From: Gammaproteobacteria bacterium
GTDB taxonomy: Bacteria; Pseudomonadota; Gammaproteobacteria; GCA-001735895
Length of the DNA stretch: 23,175 bases
Assembly (NCBI GenBank): GCA_050298595.1
Contig: JBNKUM010000018.1
Coordinates: 1-23,175, forward strand
Reading direction: 5' to 3'
Part shown: one piece after another, positions 1-6,559 of the stretch
Numbering within the stretch: the stretch's first letter is position 1
Layout of the letters: each line of letters starts with the position of its first letter
The notes under the pieces: model-generated
Database searches by the model: none
Seen by the model: the letters and a program-made list of their open reading frames with translations, nothing else
Told to the model about the DNA's origin: nothing
Position numbers and translations under genes: made by a program

Positions 1-63
1 GTTGAGCTTTCATCTCTCCCCGTTAAACATTTCAACGGTCGTGCTCTTTGAAGCATATATGAC

Positions 64-144
64 GCTCAACAACGTCATCAACTCGGACGTGCAAAAGAGC
101 CGCTTCGCTATACTTTTGCACGCCGGTTACGGTAAACGTTATAA
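64..144 (+). other. attC site 1
   Basis: R'' GCTCAAC 64-70, inner palindrome CGTGCAAAAG...CTTTTGCACG, R' GTTATAA 138-144. Confidence 0.9.
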
Positions 145-430
145 CTAAAAAGAAAATTGGTCAGGTTGTTTCTTAAAAACAATCACAGGTTTTGAAATAT
201 CGGTTTCAAAACAAACAGTCAAAAGCATGCGGGTATAATCATTAACTGGCGAGCTTTGAACCAGAACGGTCTCGGTAACAAAAAAGCATTTGAGTCTCGG
301 TAACCGTTAAAGAGAAAAGGCTTACGAAACTAAGTTCTTGCTTTTATTCGAGTAGAGCGGTAGTTTTCATAAATCGAAAAAAACAAAACCTACCCGCTTC
401 AAGGGTCTGAGGCAACATGCACATTAGCGG
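145..430. other. Body of an ORF-less (non-coding) cassette
   Basis: Bounded by matching GTTATAA (138) and TTATAAC (431). No ORF of 60 aa or more in the track. Contains hairpins and a direct repeat. Confidence 0.75.
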
Positions 431-520
431 TTATAACAAGTGGCTTAAAACGGACTCGCGGCACCAGGGTTCCGCTCACGTTACCAAAGGCGGCGCGAGC
501 CGCTTAGCCAAGCGTTAAGT
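431..520 (+). other. attC site 2
   Basis: R'' TTATAAC 431-437, pairings TGGCTTAA/TTAGCCA and CTCGCG/CGCGAG, R' GTTAAGT 514-520. Confidence 0.9.
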
Positions 521-530
521 GTAAAAGACT

Positions 531-1226
531 ATGAAACATGACCTTAAGACATATGGAATATTGTTAGGCATTTTTTTATTGTCATTGATTGGCATGTTAG
601 TAACTGACGATAGTGATGATTTATTGCAGGCAGTAGTAGCTTCTCCAGGAGTTGTTGCATTGCTTTCTGCTCTATTCCAATTGCTCAGGGATCAAGCAGC
701 TTATGAAAAGCAACTGGACATACAGAACAAACAATTCAAATTCACGCTTGGGGCTGCATCACATATGGCTAACACGGCCTTTGATAAGCATGTTCGGTTT
801 TGTGAGCTTTATGTGACTGAAATCCACGAAGCGTTTTTAACGATATTTCGAGAAGGCTCCACTCCAAAGGCATTAGAACATGCTGGGAGGCTTTTTCAAT
901 TACGCTTGGATCATGCAGTGTGGTTAACTAGTAAAATAAATTCAGATCTTGAGGTTTTTGAGAGTGGGTTAAGAAAGCTTGGAGCTGGTTCTGAGTTTGT
1001 TCGTTCAACACATGGAAGTACTGATTATGCGGAACAACGCCAAAAATTCATAAGTAGCAACCACAAGCTTTTTATCGAGATACTGGGTATTGACGAAAAA
1101 AAAGAAATAAATGAAAAGTATGCAGTTGAGGCGGCTAAGAAAAAAGTGAGGTCGATTTTGGGCGTTGAAGAACTTACAAATTTGCGAGAACACCTGATTT
1201 CCGAAGCTATGAAAGCAATTTCATGA
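531..1226 (+). CDS. Cassette-encoded hypothetical protein with two N-terminal hydrophobic segments
   Basis: 231-aa ORF filling the cassette, ATG 10 nt after R'. Hydrophobic stretches YGILLGIFLLSLIGMLV and AVVASPGVVALLSALFQLL. Confidence 0.85.
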   Translation: MKHDLKTYGILLGIFLLSLIGMLVTDDSDDLLQAVVASPGVVALLSALFQLLRDQAAYEKQLDIQNKQFKFTLGAASHMANTAFDKHVRFCELYVTEIHEAFLTIFREGSTPKALEHAGRLFQLRLDHAVWLTSKINSDLEVFESGLRKLGAGSEFVRSTHGSTDYAEQRQKFISSNHKLFIEILGIDEKKEINEKYAVEAAKKKVRSILGVEELTNLREHLISEAMKAIS

Positions 1227-1232
1227 AAACAC

Positions 1233-1293
1233 ACTTAACAAATGCCTTCAGCGGAACTCGCTGTCGCTCATCCGCTGAGGCGAGGCGTTAGAC
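1233..1293 (+). other. attC site 3 (short, 59-base-element-like)
   Basis: ACTTAAC 1233-1239, GCCTTCAGCGGA...TCCGCTGAGGC, GTTAGAC 1287-1293. Confidence 0.92.
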
Positions 1294-1309
1294 TTCAGTC
1301 GAAAATATT

Positions 1310-2137
1310 ATGCACCCAAACACTTACCTTAGATCTTTTTGGCAGCCAAAGACAAAAAATCAAGTTTTTGTAGCTATGAGTTTTGAGCAACGCTTTACAG
1401 AGCGGTTTGATAATATTATTAAACCGGCTATAGAGAATGAATTGATTGCTGGAGTTCAATTATCGGCTTTCAAAGTAGATAATTCTCAAACTGGCGATTC
1501 AATATTAACTGATATAGCTGATGGTATAGTTCACTCTGCATTATTTCTAGCAGATGTATCAGTAATAGATGAAGGTCGTTACGCGGAACAACCGATTAGA
1601 AATGGTAACGTTATGTATGAGGTGGGCTTAGCGCTAGCAAGCCGTCAACCTTCTGAGGTATTACTAATTAGAGATGATGCTAAGAAATTTTTATTTGATG
1701 TAAGTACAATACCTCATATTACAATCGATTTTACTGATCATGATACTGCGGCTAAAACAATTAGACTCGCATTATCTGATCGTATTACTGAAACGAATAA
1801 AATATACGATGCAAGGGTTTCAATCGCAATGAAAGGGTTGACTCCGCTAGAACTACAAGTTTTAGAATCACTAACATTGCTTCAGCCTGGCGTGGCCCGA
1901 GACTTTTCATTAAAAGACTCAGGACAATTGAGCATTCCTCTTGAAAGAGCAATTTCTTCGTTGCTAATTAAAGGTTGTATCGAGTCAGTTGCTAAAAATG
2001 AAAAAACTAACGGATTGTTTTACTGTATGACTATATTTGGCGCTAATGTCGCTAATGCAGGGAAATCCCTACTTCCGAAGGTAAAGCCAGACAACCAAGA
2101 AGGACAAAGTGAAAGTGAAGATCAGTCTAACAATTAA
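1310..2137 (+). CDS. Nucleoside 2-deoxyribosyltransferase/TIR-like Rossmann-domain protein with a possible C-terminal winged helix
   Basis: Motifs QVFVAMSF, IKPAIE, FLADVS, NGNVMYEVGLALA and LLIR are typical of NDT-like/TIR-like domains. The stop codon lies inside attC4. Confidence 0.7.
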   Translation: MHPNTYLRSFWQPKTKNQVFVAMSFEQRFTERFDNIIKPAIENELIAGVQLSAFKVDNSQTGDSILTDIADGIVHSALFLADVSVIDEGRYAEQPIRNGNVMYEVGLALASRQPSEVLLIRDDAKKFLFDVSTIPHITIDFTDHDTAAKTIRLALSDRITETNKIYDARVSIAMKGLTPLELQVLESLTLLQPGVARDFSLKDSGQLSIPLERAISSLLIKGCIESVAKNEKTNGLFYCMTIFGANVANAGKSLLPKVKPDNQEGQSESEDQSNN

Positions 2138-2228
2138 AATTCACACGGAAACAGCAAAATTGGCACGCCATTTTGCTGTCGCAAAAGCCGCGACCAATTT
2201 CACTGTTCCGGTGATTTAGACGTTAGCC
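2125..2228 (+). other. attC site 4
   Basis: GTCTAAC 2125-2131, CGGAAACAG...CTGTTCCG and AAATTGG/CCAATTT pairings, GTTAGCC 2222-2228. Confidence 0.9.
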
Positions 2229-2250
2229 TAAAATCTAGACACTATTTATA

Positions 2251-3315
2251 ATGAATCAAGAATTTGAAAGCGTAAGCAATCAACAAACGAATATTAATGT
2301 TCGTGATTTTCAATCGCCAGGTGAGGTTGAGTGGGACTTGCCTTCTTGGAATCATCCTTTGGCGCAAGGCATTATGCCGCTTTGTGCAATCGTTAACCAA
2401 CATTTAATCCCTATTGGCACTGCTGTTATTATTAGTAAACTTGGTGTAATTGCCACTGCAGCTCATGTAATTTCGGAAGCACTACGTAATGACCCCACAG
2501 TTCATAAAGAGGTATTGAAAGGAAATTGTGAAAAAGAACATCAAGTAAAGCATGTACAACTTGCAGTTTTGCATCATAGGATGATTAGCAGTGAAACCAC
2601 TCAATTTAATATTTGGCCATTAGAAAATGTTCAAATTGCCCACCCAACCGATCTTGCTTTTGGTTTTTTAAAAGTCCAACAATCGTTTCAATACATGTCT
2701 TTCACTCTTAGTCCTGCAGCTCCTCGAATAGGAGAAACCGTTTTTTCTCTTGGTTACTGTGACAATCAATTTCCCGAGGATGGCATTCCTTTACAAGAAA
2801 TTAAGAATAGCACCTTCAATTGGAATGAAAATTTTTCACATCTCTTCCATGTCTCTGAAGGAAAAGTTAAGGCTTTATTTGTTCGTCGTTTTGCACAAGG
2901 TTATGCAGATGGGCCATGTTTTCTAATGGACTCAAATGTAAGACATGGTCAAAGCGGTGGACCTGTGTTTAATTCCTACGGCAACATATGTGGTATAAAT
3001 CTTGGCGGTGCATCAGTTATAACCAATGAACAAAATAGTTTGGCCTCATTAATATATCCAGCTCTGACCATTAAACTCAGTTTTACTTTACAACTTGCCA
3101 AACAATTTACCTTTAACGCTCAAAGTCCTCTGATCAGTCTTGTCTCAAGCGGTGGGATAAAAACAGATGGAAGCGAGAGGCTTACAAATATTTCAGGGGA
3201 AGATGATAAATTTCGAATTTCTCCATTAATTCATCGAGATGACAAAATAAATACTTTTGATGATTTTCACGGCTATCAGGATTCAAAGCCATCTGTTCCT
3301 GTGCAGGCTAAATAA
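2251..3315 (+). CDS. Trypsin-like (S1) serine protease, no obvious signal peptide
   Basis: Catalytic motifs TAAHV (His), PTDLA (Asp) and GQSGGPV (Ser). Confidence 0.88.
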   Translation: MNQEFESVSNQQTNINVRDFQSPGEVEWDLPSWNHPLAQGIMPLCAIVNQHLIPIGTAVIISKLGVIATAAHVISEALRNDPTVHKEVLKGNCEKEHQVKHVQLAVLHHRMISSETTQFNIWPLENVQIAHPTDLAFGFLKVQQSFQYMSFTLSPAAPRIGETVFSLGYCDNQFPEDGIPLQEIKNSTFNWNENFSHLFHVSEGKVKALFVRRFAQGYADGPCFLMDSNVRHGQSGGPVFNSYGNICGINLGGASVITNEQNSLASLIYPALTIKLSFTLQLAKQFTFNAQSPLISLVSSGGIKTDGSERLTNISGEDDKFRISPLIHRDDKINTFDDFHGYQDSKPSVPVQAK

Positions 3316-3324
3316 TGACAGCAA

Positions 3325-4136
3325 GGCTAATCGGGTAACTGGGGGTCTCTAACCCCCAGTCCCCACAACACCCTGCATGCGGGTCCGCACAGGGCGTTTC
3401 CCAAAAATGTTTAAAGCAAGCTGGCCGATTAGCTCCGACTTACCCCAATGCTGGCTTCTGTTTTTGCGCCAATGCCCCTAAGCCCGGTCGGGTACGGAGA
3501 ATTGAGCTGCACAGGCTCCTCACTGATCTTCAGGTTCAGGCCTTCACCATGTCCCAGCCATTACACTGGGCGTTGGGCTACTATGCCGTCTGCTGACTTC
3601 TGCTTAATCACCCTCAGAGTTACCCCTGCTGGCGCTATCGGTTTCCATCTCGTTCGCTCAGACCGGTCGATGATTCCGGCGTGCCTGGACTTTTGATCAA
3701 CCAGTAGCCCTTTCTGGTATTTTACCGATCGCCCCGTTAAGCAGATCTCCCCGAATAAGAACATTAACTTTCTCTGCACAACTGCATCATTTACGGTGGC
3801 CGTTAAATCACATGGCTTCGTCGTCTTGTGCCAACTCGCCTCCAGCCTACGCCTCATATGATGTTCTTGTTCATCAGCTCGCAGTTTTGCTAGCGGCTTC
3901 CTTCAGACCTTTCCTCACGGATCGGCCCTTGCCATTCGCTAGTAGTTATCATCTAATAACCATCAGGTTAAAGATGGTGATCTTCCTACAGAGGACTTTC
4001 ACCTCATTAGTTAATGCCCATGTCGGGCGTACACAAGAGCAATCGAGAGGGACAAACCTCCGCGGAGCGAATTTTTGTGCTTGAATAGCACAAAAATCAC
4101 GCCACTACGGTTTGCCCCTCATTGCTGACGTTATTC
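3325..4136 (+). other. attC site 5, interrupted in its R'' box by the intron (parts 3325-3329 and 4033-4136)
   Basis: Joining GGCTA (3325-3329) to ACAAGAG (from 4033) restores GGCTAAC, complementary to GTTAGCC at 2222. Palindrome ATTTTTGTGCT/AGCACAAAAAT. R' GTTATTC 4130-4136. Confidence 0.92.
3330..4032 (-). mobile_element. Group IIC-attC intron lacking an intron-encoded RT/maturase ORF
   Basis: On the minus strand: 5' end GTACGCCCGACATGGGC; DIII-type GAAGTCAGCAGA...GAAGGCCTGAAC (~3534-3600); DV GAAACGCCCTGTGCGGACCCGCATGCAGGGTGTTGTGGGG (3361-3400) with CGC triad; DVI ACTGGGGGTTAGAGACCCCCAGTTACCCGAT. Inserted at TTGT/TA of the attC bottom strand. Confidence 0.93.
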
Positions 4137-4152
4137 CTCTTAAGGAGAAATT

Positions 4153-4725
4153 ATGGATATAAATTTCAAGCTTAAGGAATTAGATGGTTCTGATATTCCT
4201 GAAGATAAAGTGGACTTACTTAAAGCTTCTCTTAATATCAATGACGACTCACAACTACAGCCAATATTAAATAATTTAGCTCAGGCTAGTCTTGCTGACT
4301 ATATTGAAATGCTAGTTGGCAAAGGAATGCCCAACCGGGCAGATGAGTCAAAACAAGATAGGCTGCTTTATCTTATAAAAAAGGTTTATTCTCCAAGGCT
4401 TCCTGGAGAAGACGAGATATCGATGATGTTTCAACTAACTAGCACACAGTCTAAAACTCTACTAAGAAACACCCTTTCAAGGTATAGAACAAAACTGAGT
4501 AGCGAGTTGAATGAGACATTAGAAAATATATTCCGTTCTGCTATACATAACAAGGAAGGCTGGGAGGTTACTATAAGTTCTGAAATTTTTGTGGAGCAAT
4601 TGAATTTGATAGTGGCTAAAGAGGGGCCCGAATACAATCCTGTAAAAAAACGCTCTGTTGGAACAAGAAAATATTTTATTGCCGCCGATACCCATACAGC
4701 ATTAGGAAATCATTTTGGAAACTAA
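4153..4725 (+). CDS. Hypothetical protein, gene 1 of a two-gene cassette (possible HTH segment)
   Basis: 190 aa, strong RBS TAAGGAG. The segment LPGEDEISMMFQLTSTQSKTLLR looks helix-turn-helix-like (inference). Confidence 0.8.
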   Translation: MDINFKLKELDGSDIPEDKVDLLKASLNINDDSQLQPILNNLAQASLADYIEMLVGKGMPNRADESKQDRLLYLIKKVYSPRLPGEDEISMMFQLTSTQSKTLLRNTLSRYRTKLSSELNETLENIFRSAIHNKEGWEVTISSEIFVEQLNLIVAKEGPEYNPVKKRSVGTRKYFIAADTHTALGNHFGN

Positions 4726-5113
4726 TGTCGCAAATTCGATATCTGCTCTAAGTGTAGTGTTTGGTGTTGCTGTATTTCACTTGGGGGCTTCATCAGAAGT
4801 TATAAAATCAACCTTAAATATAGAAAACCCGTCTAAGACTCTAGAAAAAGCCAGAGAACAACTTAGGGGGGATATTGTCAGGGTAATTACCGTAAATAGC
4901 TTGCCAAACCTCGTAATGCTTTTAGCAATAGCGTTTGTCATGTTGCCCCAGTTTGTAAAGCATATTTCCCATTACAAACTAGAATTATGGGATTTCGATT
5001 TTATGATAACCCTCTATCAGATAATTGGTGTGATTGTATTCTTTTATTTACTAATGTCCGCAAAAAACACAATATTTCTTTTAGGTAAATGGTGTCGGTT
5101 AAAATGGGCATAA
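4715..5113 (+). CDS. Membrane protein with about 3 hydrophobic helices, gene 2 of the two-gene cassette
   Basis: TTG start after AGGA, 11-nt overlap with the upstream gene, stop TAA inside the R'' box of attC6. Confidence 0.75.
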   Translation: METNVANSISALSVVFGVAVFHLGASSEVIKSTLNIENPSKTLEKAREQLRGDIVRVITVNSLPNLVMLLAIAFVMLPQFVKHISHYKLELWDFDFMITLYQIIGVIVFFYLLMSAKNTIFLLGKWCRLKWA

Positions 5114-5216
5114 CAATCGCGTTGAGTCGGACATACCTCCGCGGTGCTAATTTTGTGCTTAAAAATAGCACAAAATTAGCACCACTACGGAATGCCGCTC
5201 ACGCAGGGCGTTAAAA
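5108..5216 (+). other. attC site 6 (last of the array)
   Basis: GCATAAC 5108-5114, palindrome GGTGCTAATTTTGTGCT/AGCACAAAATTAGCACC, GTTAAAA 5210-5216. No further attC seen downstream. Confidence 0.92.
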
Positions 5217-5321
5217 TGTAGCTTTGGTTTATCAGAAGTTATTGAAGGTCTGAACTACTACAGTTAAATGTCCGGATTGGGTCGTAAATTGCCGTCTAGT
5301 CTGTATTGATGAATGACTGGT

Positions 5322-5813
5322 TTATTTTCGTTTAGCTCTTCGAAATTCCCAGGGAGCAACAGCCGATTCAGACCATAACCCAAGTCGGCTCCGCCTAGCT
5401 CGAACCTCAGAAGAGCTATATAGTTTCCTATCCTCAACTGACTGCTCTTTCTCATATTGCTTATAGTGCCAGGCAAGGCCATCCTTTATCTGTTGCAGGT
5501 TGATATCTCTCCCATTCAAAACAAGCTTCCCTATAATACGTCCATAACGATCACGCTTATCATATTCAACTTCGACGCTCTTACCTGCAACATACCCGGC
5601 AAGATTCTCACTCGACCTTTTACCGAAAGCTTGCTTTTTTTCTGGTGCATCTATACCAGCCAGTCTTATCTTGTGCCTCACACTTTTTTGATCAAGGACA
5701 TGGACTGTATCCCCGTCTGTCACTTTCACAACTTTACACGGACATTGAAGCCAATCTGAAAATGCCTGAGTTGAAAAAATTAGTAACAGGCAGCTTAATA
5801 TAGAAGCCCTCAT
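5322..5813 (-). CDS. Secreted thermonuclease (staphylococcal nuclease family)
   Basis: Motifs VTDGDTV, IRLAGIDAPE, DRYGR and GLW. Signal peptide MRASILSCLLLIFSTQAFS from ATG 5813, which overlaps the HNH stop (ATGA). Confidence 0.92.
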   Translation of the reverse strand: MRASILSCLLLIFSTQAFSDWLQCPCKVVKVTDGDTVHVLDQKSVRHKIRLAGIDAPEKKQAFGKRSSENLAGYVAGKSVEVEYDKRDRYGRIIGKLVLNGRDINLQQIKDGLAWHYKQYEKEQSVEDRKLYSSSEVRARRSRLGLWSESAVAPWEFRRAKRK

Positions 5814-6225
5814 AAAATTCGAGCCTTCAACTCTTCGATAGATAACCACGGTTTCGACCTATGGATCATTCTATGACAGTTAGCGCACACGATAGCAAAA
5901 TCCCTCAATTTCGTTTTCTCGCCCGGCACTAAAGACGAGACCGCCTTTGTATGATGACACTCAGCAAAACCCTGACCCAAATCTCCATATACCTCTTGAA
6001 AATCAAAACCACAGGCTTCACATTCAAGCTTACCTGTGTCATTAAGCGCCTCTGTTTTTTTCTTTTTGACAATTCTCTGATTACGCTCTCTGGCCTGATG
6101 AACACGGGTTAACACCCGGCCTTCTGAGGCTTCCATATCTTCGATTTCAGACGCTTGGATTTACCCCTTAGCTGAGTCGCCTGAATTTGCTTTAATAGCA
6201 TCATCGACCGTATGCAACCGCTCAC
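5810..6225 (-). pseudogene. McrA-like HNH endonuclease, 5'-truncated with an in-frame stop (open part 5810-6136)
   Basis: CEACGFDF...ECHH...CANCHRMIH. The frame continues upstream as RERLHTVDDAIKANSGDSAKG*IQASEIED, with TAA at ~6160-6162. Confidence 0.75.
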
Positions 6226-6353
6226 GACACCACCTATTGGGGAATCGAACCTGCGTCCTAAATATTATATTTTGCTTAAAATTTATAAGTAAGATTTATT
6301 CATTTACAACTTGTGCAGCTTTATAGTAAGTTCTTTTTTTATTATTCACTAAA

Positions 6354-6376
6354 GTGTCACACTTTGGTGTCACACT
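6354..6376. repeat. Direct repeat GTGTCACACT x2, candidate integrase arm-type sites
   Basis: Copies at 6354-6363 and 6367-6376, about 60 nt from the att-like core. Confidence 0.55.
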
Positions 6377-6406
6377 AAAAGATGCGAAAATATATTTAAC
6401 CTTATA

Positions 6407-6419
6407 AATCAATTGGTTA
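6407..6419 (+). promoter_or_regulatory. IHF consensus site
   Basis: AATCAATTGGTTA matches WATCAANNNNTTR and lies between the arm-like repeat and the att core. Confidence 0.55.
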
Positions 6420-6432
6420 TACTATATTTAAT

Positions 6433-6462
6433 CGAGGGGTCCGTTTCCCCCCGTCTCCACCA
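6433..6462 (+). other. Isolated tmRNA (or tRNA-Ala)-like 3' end fragment, probable att site of an integrated island
   Basis: CGAGGGGTCCGTTTCCCCCCGTCTCCACCA is a degenerate T-arm plus acceptor strand ending TCCACCA, with no 5' half upstream. Confidence 0.7.
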
Positions 6463-6466
6463 AATT

Positions 6467-6501
6467 AAAAAAGGGTTACCCGTTTAGGGTAGCCCTTTTT
6501 T
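6467..6501. terminator. Bidirectional intrinsic terminator
   Basis: AAAAAAGGGTTACCC-GTTTA-GGGTAGCCCTTTTTT. Confidence 0.85.
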
Positions 6502-6559
6502 ATTTATAAAGTAGAGTGGATAACAAATTAAACTGGATCAAATTCGAACATCAACCAGC

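Larger units (their letters stand above)
1..5216 (+). mobile_element. Integron gene-cassette array, distal part (6 attC sites; integrase/attI not in window)
   Basis: Each cassette begins with a GTT core whose complement sits at its 3' end: GTTGAGC(1)/GCTCAAC(64), GTTATAA(138)/TTATAAC(431), GTTAAGT(514)/ACTTAAC(1233), GTTAGAC(1287)/GTCTAAC(2125), GTTAGCC(2222)/GGCTA|AC(3325, split), GTTATTC(4130)/GCATAAC(5108). All cassette ORFs are on the + strand. Confidence 0.95.

Noticed and set aside
3448-4084. ORFs 3448-3696 (+), 3561-3857 (-) and 3812-4084 (+)
   Set aside because: They overlie intron ribozyme domains and attC5, and have no RT motifs such as YADD
64-5216. Spaced palindromes as a CRISPR array
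   Set aside because: Units are long, non-identical and separated by genes, with attC R boxes. No cas genes seen.
5814-5849. Longer thermonuclease start at 5849
   Set aside because: It lies inside the HNH gene. ATG 5813 gives a clean signal peptide and an ATGA overlap.
6433-6462. Complete tRNA or tmRNA gene
   Set aside because: Only the 3' ~30 nt are present and the T-loop is degenerate
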